NCBI GenBank assembly: GCA_012295275.1
Contig: CM022679.1
Span: 25,482,001 to 25,546,000, forward strand
DNA from: Chrysomallon squamiferum
Lineage: Eukaryota > Animalia > Mollusca
Direction: 5' to 3'
DNA length: 64,000 nucleotides
Shown: positions 1-22,377 of the stretch, piece by piece
How positions within the stretch are numbered: the first letter of the stretch is position 1
Layout: each line of letters begins with the position of its first letter
Translations under genes and position numbers: made by a program
The notes under the pieces: model-generated
Databases searched by the model: none
The model's input: the letters and a program-made list of their open reading frames with translations, nothing else
Told to the model about the DNA's origin: nothing

Positions 1-95
1 TTGTTGTTGTTGTTGTTGTTGTTGTTGGTTGTGGTGGTGGTGGTGGTGTGATGATGATGGCGTGTTATTGGTGTTTTTATTTATTCCTTTTTTTT

Positions 96-126
<31 letters not shown>

Positions 127-748
127 TTATTTTGAATGAAAACTTTGAAGACGAGGACTGAAAACTATTGCTCCGCACATGTTGGAACGTGAAATTACTG
201 AAATGTCGCATCTCGCCTCAAGCGTACACTTTATTATTGAGCAACAGCTCCTACTTATCCTGACTTAATCTTATTTCGCGGTAGAATTATCAAATAAAAT
301 TATACACACAGTGACGAGAATTTATTAACATTATTTTCTACCTCAAAGGCAAATCGATAGCCCCAGAAAATTTACTGGATTACAATTTAAAGCTTTGGAC
401 GCATTTAGCAAAGGAGGTATTGTGTTTATTGCACAACGAAGAAAAATAACATTTGATAAAACGGACGATATAAGTCAATGTGGGATTACAGTTCCTTTAT
501 AGAGATTAGATGAAATGTCTAAGGTAAAAGCTATTCCTACAACACACCACTACCTACAAAAGATGATAACAAAGATATTTAATATAGGTTTATAAGTTCA
601 TTGGGTTTTGTTTGTTTATCCTGTTATTTTTTTGTTTGTTTGTTTGTTTTTTATTATTTCAAAGAGATTTTGTTATTACTATTTTTACTGATGTTGTTTT
701 CTCAAAAATTAACAACAGTTAATAAAACTTTTTAAAAATACTTTTCGG

Positions 749-788
<40 letters not shown>

Positions 789-849
789 AGCATAATAACC
801 CCGAAATAAATACTACACAAGGCACATAACTGTGACGCTGTCTACATAC

Positions 850-7640
<6,791 letters not shown>

Positions 7641-8622
7641 GCTGGAATAAAAGATGAAAATATTTTATCAGCTATGTAACTGAGTGTAGAACTTGTTAGG
7701 TAAAACGACGTGGAGTTTACTGAAAATGTGAGGTGTGACCCATTCCCATGAAAGGTGTATAAAGGAAGGAATACTTTATTAAAAGACGTAATAAAAAACA
7801 AATTTAAAGTATGATTATGTATTACTGAATAAGACTATTGAGTAAGAACGCTTCCTATAAATACATACACTTTTCTATTATATGTATATATAATATATAT
7901 TAGACATGGTTTTCAATATAAGACCTTTAATATAAAAGATATTTACTTATTCAGAAAAACATTGTATGTATGCATATGAATGTGTGTGTGTGTCTGTATG
8001 TGATTGTGTGTGTGTGCGCGTCTGTGCGCGTATATATGATCCATTTATGCTATAATGTTTTAAATGTCGTAAGGTAATTCAAAATGAGGTTGTCACATTT
8101 AGAGACGACTGTTAATTTTAAATGAACATTTTTATACGTTTTAAAGAAACTAGATGGTCTAATAATATATTATTAATATCGTTTATCATGAACTCAGGTT
8201 TCGTAAGCTGCAAAACAGATTAAATTAAACCTGTTGATGAACAGAACTATACTTTTTAACATGTGTCGGGTCACCGCTATCGCTTTAGGAGACTTTATAT
8301 TCCTTTCATGCAGTCTGGTCATCTATAACTTTTTTTTTTTTTCCCCCCTTGTTTTTCGGAATTGCAGACATTTTGAAAAGAACTTTATTGATTGCATTAT
8401 TCAGTGATATAAGGGGGGGGTAAATCCAACCATAAACTGGCTGAAAACAACATTCTGCATGTTCTGAACATAAACAATTTGATAAAACGTTTTTTTTTTT
8501 TTTTCATGGTATTTTCTGCCTGTCATGCGAAATGTTAAAACCTTGTCGTTGTTAACATTACTGGTGTGTAATATCAGGCATAACTGTTTTGTTTTAGTTT
8601 TTTTAATAATTTTTTTTATAAT

Positions 8623-8655
<33 letters not shown>

Positions 8656-8693
8656 GAGGATATTTTAAAACTTTTCCAGATAATATATTTGTA

Positions 8694-8727
<34 letters not shown>

Positions 8728-9302
8728 ATTAAATAAATATTTAAATCATCATAATAATATTACAGAAATACATTATAGCATTATTAGCCAAAACATTTGA
8801 TTAAGTATCATCCATCTATCAATAAATCAATTCATCGACCCACCAACCGTCTATCTTTCCATCCATCCCTGTGTTTGTCAGTCTCTCTAAAGTTTTCACA
8901 GTCGTTGTTAAAATCTGTGTGTACATACACTAAAATTACACATATTCTGTGCTTGAAATAATAACTGACGAAGAATTCTTGTAAACTGTACAGAGAAATA
9001 CAGAGAATTTGTTTTGATCTGGAAATCAATGACGGCTGTGATATATATACAACCACTCTGCTTCACTGAGAGAAATAATTGATAAAAACCGATTGAGTCT
9101 ATTTTCCATTATTGTTATTGCTGTGTCATTTCTACTGCAACAGACTGCTAACATTCAACTAAAACTAAAATCATTATCTGAGTTCAGTGTACAAAATTAT
9201 AAATCAGTGGTGCAATCTTCTCTAGGTTTGTGTGTGTGTTTCAGTAGGAAATTACTTAGCAACAACCATCCCTCTATCCATGACCATAAATACTTACAAA
9301 TG

Positions 9303-9336
<34 letters not shown>

Positions 9337-9872
9337 TGTATGTATGTATGTATGTATTATGTATGTATGTGTGTATGTATCCATGTATGTATGTACATGT
9401 ATTCATGTATGTATGTGTACAGGTGTGTGTTTGTATGCATTCATGTATATGTGTTCGTACTTACAATTATCTACCTATCGATAACAATCAGTCTCCCTGT
9501 ATATTTAGTGCACTGTCACCAAAAAGCAAATAAGAGATATACTAATTAAAAGAGAGAGAAAAAAGAACTGTAAACAGCAGTCGTATCTCGTAATGGATCT
9601 TAAGAAATAAAAAAAATAAAAAACAATTTGAGAAATCTGAACTGAAAAGCCTGTTTAAGTATTAATAACAACGTTCAGTCTATGATAGGCGCTGATAATG
9701 AAATACCAGTTGATTTTATTTCACTGTGGAGGGTGATTATTTCAGCTATTGAACTGTGAGTGGACACGAGATGGTTTATGTACGTAAAGTCTTTTACCCG
9801 ATGACGTCACGAAAACAAGTACCTATCCATTTGTCGACCATATTTATTTTTTAGGTTGAAATTGTTTCTCGG

Positions 9873-9917
<45 letters not shown>

Positions 9918-12687
9918 TTGGTTGTGCAGTTTATTTATTTAGTTAGTTATTTAGTGACATAGCTAGTTAGTTAATTTAATTAGTGAAATGCTTTAAACTT
10001 TCTTTTCGTATGCTTATTTATGTCTTATATTTAAAATTTATTTAAGTGTTTGTTAGATATAATGGGATTTATTTTGCATGCCTCTGTATATATTTATTGT
10101 ATTTATTCTTTCGTTAATTCATATAAATATTTGGATAGGTAAATAAAGAACTATGCTAATGATAAACAAGAACGTGCGTTTTACAGATGGATGTATACAC
10201 AGTCAGTTAAAACAGAGAGATAAATAGACAGGCATATAGAAAAAAAGATATACAATTCGAATTCACTACAAATATCGCTTGTGATTTGACTTAATATTTA
10301 CAAATCAGAAACAATTCAGCTATTTTTGTAAACAGTTTCTAGCAATTAAACTGCTAACGAAAAAAACGGTGCAGTTTATCGCATAGTGTGAACGTACCTT
10401 AACGGAACACTTCATTTCACTTTACCAGTACGTTTTAAACCTAATACTCCGAACTGATCAAGAGATATCGAAAGCAGTGTATATTTACCTTCTATATCTA
10501 CCTGTTTACAAACTAATTATTAAAATCTCCAAACCGGAGCATAACAAAAAAACTAGACAAATATCCAGATTATTTTCCAGCAGTAATTAGTCACATAACA
10601 TCAAGTAAACATAATCATAAAAAAAAAATATCATGTTCAAAAACTTTGAAAATAAACGAAAAAAAAAAAAAAAAAAAAACAAGAATGAATTTAAGGAAAA
10701 ACACCAGACAATACTTGTCATTGAAAAACGTTAAGGTTAAAAAGTTAGATAGTTATCGAGAGAAAAAAAGAAAGGAAGAAAAAAAAAATATTTTCATTAT
10801 TTTTACGTTTAGTTTTACCTGTCTTTATTCTTTACGTTTGTTTTGCAAGTTGTTACAATGAAATCAATTCAGACAGCGAAAATAAATGACTTTGTTAACA
10901 GGCCTGAAAAATACCCGACACAACACAAATGAAGGATGTAACATGATAGTGCAGATTAGTGTCTGAACCTTCAACAACAACAACAGTGTGATTAATGAGA
11001 AAGTAGTGAATAAATGTTTCACTATACTGTAATATAAGTTTAATAAAATCTAACTCTCTCTCTCTACACATATATGTGTGTGTTCGTTCGTGCGTGCGTT
11101 TATCAATTAATAAATGCCAGCTAAACCAGTAAATAAATAAATAAATAAATATATATATATTTATAAATTTCAACAAGAATTCGGAATTTTTTTCTCTCAC
11201 TTTTTATGAAAAACAACGCCAACCTTTATCTTCTACTCTTTCTTAACTTTTTCAATAAATAAAAAAAAAAAAAAAAAAAATACCCCACAAGACAGTAATT
11301 GTTATTCAAATACTAAAAAGGATATTAACGTTGGAAATATATATTTTTTTTTTGCCCTTTTCTCCGTTCACCCTGATTTACAATATCTGTCGCTTACGGC
11401 AACCGCAACTGTTATTATTACGATTTTTATTCTTGACGTTAACAGGTTAGAAATACGGAATCTCATAATAGTACCATGAGTCGTGTCAGAGGCTGGGTTT
11501 CACAGAACAACAGAAGATGCATGTCAGACACGGTAATCGAATGATCGACCCGAACTCCACGCTGAGATGCAAAAACAGCAGCATATAAAATAATGACAAA
11601 TTCATTCATTTCAGATAACACAGAGACTAAAAGTGAATTATTTCTTTTGAGAGCAGTGTTATGTTACGACTATGTTCATTACGTTAGGCAGAGCGAATGC
11701 TTATATGAATGCACACATGTGTATGTTTGTTGTTATGTGTATGTATGTATGTATGTTTCTGTGTCTGTCTATCTGTAAATATGTATGTATTTATGTATGC
11801 ATGTTTCTGTGTTTGTATGTGTGTATAAATACCTGTGTGTATGTGTATATGTTTGTGTATGTATGTATGCATGTATATATGTATCTATATATCTGTGTGT
11901 AAATATATATATGTATGTGTGAAAATGTATTTACGTAAGAATGTATCTCAGTGTGTATTGTATATGAATGTGTACTTGAGTGTGTGTGTGGTTGTGTGTG
12001 TGTGTGTGTGTGTGTGCAAAAATGAATAGAAATTATATCCGCATATGTTTTCAGACCAGAAACAAATGAAATATTCTATATAAAAGAAAACAGAAGAAAG
12101 AAATCAATATAACCACTGTAAAGTTTTAACTGCGTTGTCACATTGATATGTAATACTAAAAAAAAAGAAAAAAAAAAGAAAAGGGGGTTAAAAATCGTAT
12201 TTTCATGTACTAACAATAGTTTTCATTTGTGAATTAAAATTTATCGTCTAAGTAAATTTTGTTTTTAATGACGTCAGAAATGAATATAAACAGTTCTACC
12301 CTTAATATAATATAGAACAGATAAAATATTTTATGATTCCTTATTATCATTATTATTAAGAATTTATTTTTTTATTTTGTTCGGTATACAATACGGTTTG
12401 AGATTGAAGAACTGTTTTAATTATTTTAAGAAATTTATATTTAAATCGATGTTAGCCATAAAAGATAATGATATTAAAAGAATTAATGTTTTCTTTATTT
12501 TTATTGCTGTACTGTCCTACTACTACAACTACTTTTTTCCTACTTTTTAATCTATGTTTTCAATTCTTTGTTTAAAAAAGTGAGAAAAATATATGAATCA
12601 TCCAAAAAATATTAAAAATATAACACATGCCAAACAATAAAAATTTCAAATAATGAAAAACTGAATTCAAAATATACACATTTGTTA

Positions 12688-12726
<39 letters not shown>

Positions 12727-14954
12727 AAAAAAAAGAAAAAAAAGGTAAATTAAAAATGACATTTCTTTATGTGATATAGGATTTATCACTTACAGACGTA
12801 AATGTCTAATAAATACATTAATTCCCAGATGAGATCTGCAGAAAACAATTTATTCTAATTCAAAAATATGTAACTGAAATCTAAAAAATCCGTTAATAAT
12901 GAATAATATATTATTATCATTTATCATTATTTCCTTCCTTCTTCCTTCCTTTCTTCCTTCCTTCCTTCCTACGTCTATGACTCATTCATTCTGATCTTAA
13001 CGAATCTAAGACAAATTCCACCTAGTTCTGAAGTTAACACTGTTATAGACAGACACACTTTTTTTTTTTCCCCTTGACGACGTGGGTTTGATTTGTTTGT
13101 GTGATAACAATGCTCCGTTTGACAAAACTTACTTTATCGTGTAACAAAGACTACTTCTGCTGTTGAACAGTAACACTGTTTTATTTTTTGGTGTTTTTTT
13201 TTTTTTCCTTCGTGTCTTGTGAACCAGACCAATAACCCAAGATGAACGTTTCTGCTTAGCTGCTCAAATTACTTGACTATTGTGTTTTAGGATTCGCGAT
13301 CACAGCCATTGTTTAATTCTAAAGCTAATCTACATGCGTAACAAGTGGAGCTGATCGAAATTGTTAATATTAAGTCGATGTTTTACAGTAATACACAAAC
13401 AGCAAGGGCGGGTCCATCCTTTCAGAAAGAAAGGTCAGATGTCGTCCTTGTTATTTCAGGAACTCTCAAAACGAAATTATTTTAATTGCTGTTATATGTT
13501 TTAAAACTCATCTGGGTGTGAACAGTGGAATAATACATACAGGCCTTATAATAAAATGATAACTGATTTCACCATTGCAAATGTGTTTGAATTATTTGTT
13601 TTTATATACATTAATAGGAAATGATTTTTTTTTTTTTTTTTTTTTTTTTTGGTTTGGAACAGGCTTTGCGTTCACCCAGTGTTATTATTATTATTCCATG
13701 TTTATATAGAACCTTTTCCATACTAAGTAAGTTCAAGGGTGCTTTAACGTGTAAACTAATAAACTAAAATACAAAAAGACATGACAACAAACATATTAAA
13801 ATAAATGTAAACATAATGGCGAACATATTAACGTGGTGGCAAAAAATAAACGAGTCACATTTCAGAATTGTATAAGATAATTAATAGATAACTACTAGCC
13901 CGAACATTTTAAAACTGGAAAAAATATAAATATAACTACGTATTAAACAAAGAGGATTTGAAAGAAATGGCTATTTTGAATGTGGTTGCTGAATGGACCA
14001 GGAGCTTGTACTTTTTACACCGACAGCAGAGTAGACAGCAAAAATGTTGGACAGGCGAAGAGTTAACCAAGTGTTTTTGCAATGATATGAGAGTAAACAG
14101 TACAGTTTGTGGGACATTCAGACGTAAATGTCAATCTCTCAGCAGGAGACGAAAGCGGATTAGTAAAGCAGCAGTTATTTTGTAGTGTGCGAGAAAAAAA
14201 CAATACTACACGTACAACGTGTAACACCACACACAGAGAAATGTGGAGTCGTGTACAGTCGCCACATGCGACACAGTTTGTTAGCAGAAGTGTACAGAAT
14301 ATACGTATCTGTGTGTGTGTGTGTGTGTGCCTGTAGTATACACGTACACAAACACATTAATAGATAAATACACATACACACACACATCCATGCATGCATA
14401 CACATATATGCATTTATATGACAGTTCATTCAAGCATGCAAGTACACACACACAAACACACACTGACACCCATACATATATATAGATAGACAGATAGATC
14501 TATAAATACATTCAGACAGATATATAAATACATTCAGACAGATATATATATATATATAGTAATATATACATAATACGTACTTAGGTACATACATGCATAG
14601 ATACAAATATTTATGCATACCCACATATTGTATATACTTTACACCATCACAATAAATATATAAATAAATAAATAAATATTTTGTTATTCATCATATCAAA
14701 GGACAAAATTAAGTATTTAAAATTACTTGTCACAACTAATACTGATACTTATTGATGAAACATTTTTATTATTATTTTGCGTTTATTGTTTTTGTGGATT
14801 GCAGGTAATATACCCATACAGTGACCGGATTACACGATCCTTGTTTCACGGATTAATTTTGCATTACCCATGTTACTATTGTGCGTTGTACTAGAAATCG
14901 CCAAAACAAACAATGCCAGTAAGTGGACATGCCTCTCTTTTCTCTTGAAGTTAT

Positions 14955-15340
14955 AATATTAACACCTATTCTAAACTAGCATTAAAATATTAACATATAT
15001 TCTACAGTGACTTTAATATTATTAACCGATTTTCCAGATTAACGTTAAAATATAGCATATATTTTAAATATTATCATATGTTCTACTTTAATGTTAAAAT
15101 ATTGACCGATATTCTTCTGTATTACGTCACACCATTAACTAATATTCTGTATTACGTCACAACATTAACGTTTCATATTCTACATTAACTTAAAACAGAT
15201 ATTCTACCCTGACCTGAAAAGTTTAATATTATATTCTACAATGACGTTAAAACATTATCATATATTTTAAACTGACGCTAAAATATTAACATTTATTCCA
15301 CAACTGATGTTAAAATATTAAGATATGTTCTACACTGACA
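14955..15340. repeat. Degenerate ~31-bp AT-rich minisatellite (about a dozen copies)
   Basis: Recurring unit approximately GTTAAAATATTAACATATATTCTACACTGAC, with substitutions and indels. Confidence 0.65.
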
Positions 15341-16574
15341 GTCTGAATCTTAAAATGAAAAAAAAAAAAAAAAAATTACAAAAAGTAATAACAACATAAA
15401 TATTTTAATACCGGGTATAGATTCAAGCTTTAGTAACGAGTTGACAACGTTGAATGTAACGAATATGTGGATTTATTAATTTATAACATACAGCGTAGTA
15501 TCTGTGTTGGTACGTTCCAATACGATACACAATAACAATATGGTGATACAAAATTTATCCGTGTTCGGTTGTATGCACAAGAATAGTGTCGTGATAAAAA
15601 AAAAGGTTGGCCAGTGTAGGTGTTTGCTACATCACGCCGTTGACAATAATATGTAAAATAAAATAAACAATTTAAAAAGAAGGAAAGAAAGAAGAAATGT
15701 TTCAAGATGAGGAGGAAAGGAAGCGAAAGAATAAAATAGAGAAATAAAGTAAGGATTGAAAGAAAGAATAAACGACAGGAGAAATGAATGAAGAAAGAAG
15801 AAATGAAGAAGAAATAAAGAAAGAAAACCTAAAGTAAAAAGGATATCCATTAAAAAAACGAAAAGAAAAAAACTAGAAAATAAAAATAAAATAAACAACA
15901 CGAAAAAAACAATATTATGGGGACGGCATGTAAGAAAGAAAAAATGGTAAAATGGAAAAATGTAAGAAAGCAATAATTTAAGGGAAAAAGAATAAAAATC
16001 ACTAAAGAAAAATTAAAAATGAAAAACCAGTATTTAACCAAAAGCAATACAAAACGAGTACCAGAAACCAGCAGCGAGTTAATCTGATTAACAAGTGTCT
16101 TATCAATGAACAACACAAGACGTCGCTGGGGCCGACCTAAGTGGGGGGTGGGGACAAGCACCTCCGTTTTGTCCACAACGACAACGACAACCAAGATTTA
16201 GTTTTTATCAGTTACATCAGTTGTATATTTTCTGTACGACTTTGATCTTTATATGTACCCCAACTCCTAGAGACTCATGAACACACGCACGCACGCACAC
16301 ACCAACATACATACACATATGTATATACAAACTGTCACCAGCTTATTACAGAAGTCAGGTTAATCCAGTACAGCAGGAGTAACGTAATCTGGGTGTAACT
16401 TGCATTGTCTTTTAGGATCGAGTCTCATGCTATACACAGAACTGTTGATAATTAACTTCCCTTTTATCATCATAATTTTAAATGATTCAGAAATGTCATT
16501 ATTTTAGATAATCGGATTCTTAAAATTAATTCTTCTTATTTGTATCGATATGTGTGTATCTGTGTTTGTATACA

Positions 16575-16614
<40 letters not shown>

Positions 16615-17266
16615 TATATATACATATATACTCTTACATACATGTACCTCTCATAATATACTTTGAATTAATTTCAAGTATTACATCAAAGCTTGAATGG
16701 AGAGACTTTACGATAAAGACATTACAATTATACAAATATACAGCTTACAATAATCACACCCCCGCGAATTCTAAAAATCTAAAACGGTACCCAGAAATAA
16801 AAATATATATTATAATATAATTTTAAAAACACGATATCAGATGAGAACCATTATGTTTCTGATTTGTAATAAAGTATCTTTTAACTGCACGAAGTACACA
16901 CTTGTAGTATGCAGCAAAACGAGACTTTTATCACTTTCTTTTGTTCGGCCGGGTTTTCAGACTATAAAATAGATTTTAGGATTACCGCCACACAAATATC
17001 TTTTCCATAATCTATATTTCCATAAGCCATAGATACATCACCTCATTAAAGAGATATTGATCATTTCCCGTGCGTCAAACATTAAACAGTTTATGTGTTA
17101 ATAATTTGTCGCACTTTCGCAGTTAAGAATACAACAATTTAACAATGTGACAGTCCGCTTTTAACACCCATTCACCCCTTTAACTTGCTAGAAAAAAAAA
17201 AAAAAAAGAAGAGAAAAATAATAATAAGAGAAGAAATAAAAACGAGAGAAAAGCCGTTCAACTTAC

Positions 17267-17366
17267 CTTAGTGTTTTCTCAATTGCTATGCTCCAGACTG
17301 GACGAGAAGCCGAGGGGGTTTATCGGCTCGTAGCGGTTTTCAGTAGCAACCAGTAACTATGGACGC
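17267..17366 (-). promoter_or_regulatory. Putative promoter and non-coding first exon of TBATA with an RFX X-box-like element
   Basis: Locally GC-richer patch with a strong minus-strand donor AAG|GTAAGT at 17267/17266 and X-box-like GTTTTCAGTAGCAAC (17336-17350). The TBATA ATG exon starts at an acceptor (ttccag|C ATG), so an upstream exon is expected. Linking this patch to TBATA is inference. Confidence 0.4.
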
Positions 17367-18012
17367 ATCAGAACAATCTTGCGGGCACTCGGGGAGTAAC
17401 AATGCGCCCGGGGGATTACTGCATTAACCAATCGACGAAACGTGATAAAGTACAGGCTGTGGCAAACTTACTGATTTGTAAGACTATCACGGACAGATCG
17501 CCGGCAGACCGATACGACCCGTGTAAATATATCACAGTCCATGTTACAACGAAACAAGCTTATCCTGGTTGTTTTCTTGTTCTCGTATTCTTTAACTGAA
17601 GTCTAACTATTTCAAGGTTTTACTAAATTATGAGGTAGTGTACGTGAGCTAGGGACAAGCGAGTAAAGAGGTGATTTTAAAGATAAGTTACAGAATGTGA
17701 AAAAATTACGTGTAATTACTGTGTGTGGGAAGAGAGAAGATTGAACAGAGGAATAAACCGGTTTGAAAAAACGTGGGTCGAGTTGTTGGGGTCGAGTTTC
17801 ATTTACGTGTGAGATAATCATTAGTTAATCAGTATCAATTATCTAGCTAATTACACATCATTAAACTTACATTAGCTGATTTTATATTGTTGTATAGCGC
17901 AATAATTAAAATACTGACTCACTTTTTTTTCTACTTTTCTCTCTTCTTTGTTTTCTGTCATTCATTCTCTTTATATAATCTTTCTCTTTTTTCTACATTT
18001 ATCTGTTTTTTA

Positions 18013-18043
<31 letters not shown>

Positions 18044-18216
18044 GTCTCTCTCGCTTTCTCTCTCTCTCTCTCTCTAATATACACACACACACACACAAAG
18101 ACACAGACAGAAACAAACACAAAGAACTGAACACTGTATAATCCGATAACAATAAAAACATCAATTCAACTGTATCATTGTTTCTGTGAGTGTGCCTGTT
18201 TGTTATCTATATAACG

Positions 18217-18273
<57 letters not shown>

Positions 18274-19020
18274 TCTGTCTTTTTTGTGTGCGTGCGTATG
18301 TGTGTGTTTTGATGAAATATTTTAGAAGAATCTTGATACGGAATAAAGAATAAGAACGATAATGTGATTTAATAAAACAAGCAAATTTTCCAACCATATA
18401 GGTTACAAGAAATTATGGTCATCACTAAATATGAAAAGCCAAAAGAAAATAAAAATTTAACAAATACAGTTTTGTATCAAGAAAGATATATGCATTCACG
18501 TGTACACATACATGCCCACATGTATACATACGCCCAGACAAAGATAAGCATGTGCTGACATATTTTCAGAGTCTTGAAAGATGTTTTAAATTACTGATAT
18601 CAAACATATATAAAATCTTTTAATAAGAATGTCATCTGACATTTACAAAAATATAACACAATAAAATAAATTAATATGTCGGTAGGGACGTTACTGGTTT
18701 TAGGGTGGGGGGGTTTTGGTTTTTAGTCTGTTTTTGTTTTTGTTTTTTTTTTTTGCTTGCTTTTTATATATATATATTTTTTTTTTTTTTCCTTTTTTTT
18801 CTTCTAAAAATAGGTATTTAAAGAAAAGGTATATTAATTAAATTTTCATATAAATGACTACACTCTTTTTCACTTTTTGTTTTTGGGCCCTGTTAAGTTC
18901 CAAGTTCCAGGGCTTTAGATTATGATAATTAGTGTTAACGGTATTTCGCATATTAATCATTTCTAATAAAATGATATAACTATTGATATTTCCAAATATA
19001 TTTTATTCTTTTTTCAACTG

Positions 19021-21961
19021 TCAAGGTCTGTTATGCCAGCCAAATCTGCCTCCAAGTAAATCAGGATCGTAGTACACCATATCCTTGTCAACATCTTCAA
19101 TATGATCATTTAAAACATTCAGAATATCGCGTTCTATTTGACGGAAGTGACGTCGAGGCGTGTATCCGTCACGTGTTGACCTACAAACGGTGACGAGTTT
19201 TGGAGTCATGTAAGCGACTTTCAGAATATTTCTAATGGTCTGTGTGCGAATGTCAATCTCCGCTCCTGAAGGCATGTAGAATGGTACAGAGCTATCATTC
19301 GGCTTGTTGAATCCGTCGCAGATTTTCATGCCATTTCCAGGATTAAAGGCATAGGTGTTTGCTGAACTTTTAAGGCAGATACCCACTTGTGACAACGCCG
19401 ACAATTGTTCCTCGTTGCATTTCGATAAATGACGGATGAGAGCCCTGAGCGTAATCGTTATTTTTCTTTCGTCTGTCGTGCACAGCGCTGATTGCAGATC
19501 TTTCTCTTTTAGGTCATGAAGCAGATCTGGAATAAGTCGAAAAAGCCAGTTGATCGTAACTTTACCGTTGTGGCATGGACTGGTACCGTTTAGTTTCACC
19601 TCCGAACAAAACCGTTTTAAATTTCTAATCTTTTGTAAAACAGAATTGTAAAACGTGTCTGATTTTCTTTCTTGTAAAACGTTCGAACTGCAAAAAGTTT
19701 CTGAACAAAGAAATGAAGCCACCAGAGGGTGTTTTTATCAATTCCTGCGTCGTACAGCGGCTGCACCGCCGACTGGACACCGTAGAAGTCTTCGTCAATG
19801 TCGAGTATGACGTTGTCGTACGGGTTAATCCAGTCTCCTCTGTGTAAAAGTTCAATTGCTTTGTCTTCGCTCACTACTTCTGCAACATTTCTAGACTGTA
19901 TGCGGCAGTCCTCCTTCTGAACATCGACAAGTTTCATATTCCTTTCATTAGTACCGTTGACTATGACACACCATGGTTCAGATACGTCCTCGGAGTCAGC
20001 GGAAACGCAGGCACAGAAATCTTTAGTCATTTTGCCATCGACATCGCGTCTCATGGTTGTTCCTAGTTGGACTTTCATACACAGATCGAGTGCTTGGAAA
20101 CCAACGGCAGTGAGCCACCTTGGCCACACCCAGATGAAGCGACTTATAAATCCCGTGAGTGCGACCGGCTGAAATTCAGAGTTTCAGATATTTTAATTCA
20201 GAATTTCAGATATTTTAATTCAGAATTTCAGATATTTTCCTTCAGAATTTCAGATATTTTTATTAAGACACTTTCATTATAATGTTTCTTGTTGATTACG
20301 TTAAATGTTTATTGTTTCTGCTATTATATCAGCCTTTTCTTGACATTATGTTTTATTATTGTCACAGCCATTTTTGATAGGAGGCTTACATTTCGATCAT
20401 TATCAGCAATATAAAAAAAAAATATATGTATTGTAAAACAATGTTTCTGTTTCCATATATATATATTTTTATATATATCATCATAGAGACATATACAAAA
20501 TATATATTTATTATTAAGCATAAAAGATTAACAAATAAGAAAAAAAAGAGGATGAAGGGAAGACGAAAAACGAAAATGAGGCGATAGAAGAAGGAATAAA
20601 ATAAACGCTATAATCAACAACGTATTATGTAAGCCAAATCCATGTGTATTTTCTATATGTTATCATACAGATATATTCAAAAGCACCGACTTGTGGCTTA
20701 ATTAGCCTTATAATTAATAAAGTATTAGGTAAACAAAAACTCACCAGTATGAACTGATCGTTGCCCTGCATCATGTTTCTAATCTCAGAGGAGTTGGGCC
20801 ACTTGAACAACGGTAAAACTTTACGTAAGAAAGGCGGTGCAATGTCTGAGTGGGCATCGATATGGAACTGAAATACAAACTAGGCGTAGAATGATTAAAC
20901 ATTAAAAAAATATTCTGATGACTAAATCTGAACATTATACGCAAATGATAACTATTCCAAATGAATTACTCGTTCCAGCCTTAATATTTATTTTTGGTTT
21001 TGAAATAGAATTATTTTCCATTTAATTTGATGAGACTGTTTTTAATTATATTTTAAACTATATTTTAAAAGGGGGAAAAAATAAAACAAAATAGGTGAAT
21101 AAATAAAGAAATAACATTTATTAATTAAAACAGGACATAATGAAAACGTAAAGTCAATATTAGAGTCACAATAAAGAGTATTTTTTTTTATTCACTATTC
21201 CAACATTTAATGTCGTTTACTTAATCCTTGTTTTTTAACTTTTTCTTTTTCTTCGTATTGTTTATTTATTTATTTATTATTGTTGTTGTTATTGTTGTTG
21301 TTGTTGTTGTTGTTGTTGTGTTAATCGTGATGATGTTCATGATAAAGTAATAACAACTTACCAAAACATTTCCTTTCTTTGGAATGATTCCTCTTTCAGC
21401 AGCTTTGAACCAATAAGGCAAAACTGTAACAAAACAAAATAAAGAAAACAATGAAAACAAAACAACAATTTTAGACGAACTATTCTTCGTCCATAATCCT
21501 TGCAAACAGATCTGACAGTCGTAATTCGATCGGAATATATCACGTGATTCTTCAGTAACCTCAGACTGAACAAAATAAAACTCTGATTATCAAATCACAC
21601 ATTTAAGAAACGTTTCTAAGTGACAGTTATAAATCATATCCATTACAAGACAAAATTTAATAATACATAAAAAATTTAAAATATGAAAATTTTCAAAATA
21701 TAACCTACCTTCATGATGTTCCTCCACAACATACACGGGAAAGACAGGCTGCGTATCTGCAGTAACATCATCAACACCAACGTCACCTGTACCCGAGTAG
21801 TAACGAGATGCTGAATAGTTTGGTTTGACAGTCTGACACGGTCCACTGGAGCTGATCCATTCGCACGTGCTTCGCATGTACCAGAAGACCACCACGTTGA
21901 CGACAAACACTACAACGGCAACTACGACTACGTTCCGACTAGCGCCAATCCATCTAACCAT
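19021..21961 (-). pseudogene. UPF0489/C5orf22-like membrane-anchored protein, copy A; one frameshift (pseudogene or assembly error)
   Basis: Exons 21961-21709, 21423-21362, 20867-20745 and 20168-19021, all GT-AG. Motifs: hydrophobic [26 protein letters not shown]|[34 protein letters not shown]. Exon 4 is split into two ORFs by a 1-nt deletion at the A5 run 19692-19696 (CTT TTT GCA versus CTT TTC TGC in copy B). Repaired length is 528 aa. Confidence 0.8.
20170..20262. repeat. 22-bp tandem repeat (~4 copies) abutting the exon-4 acceptor of copy A
   Basis: AATTCAGAATTTCAGATATTTT repeated directly. Confidence 0.8.
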
Positions 21962-22266
21962 TTTGTATTAGCAGAACGAATTCGAAAATATTTCCTCTTA
22001 TTTTTTTACTTTTCTTCAAAATTCTCTTTCCTTAAGAATTATCTAACGTTTGCCTCTGATGTCATTTTAGACTAGCGAAAAGGAATAAATAAAAGTTAAA
22101 GCTAGTGTGTAAGTTTGAGACACACTGTGTGTTTAAGTGAACGATGAAAAGAAAAATCACTACGACACACCAACGACACCATCAATGTAAATAGGTTACA
22201 TCCGTGAACGTGTCACCTGTCACACGACGTCATAACACCCTTGTACACAAACACTTTATCTCTCTC

Positions 22267-22335
<69 letters not shown>

Positions 22336-22338
22336 ATA

Positions 22339-22377
<39 letters not shown>

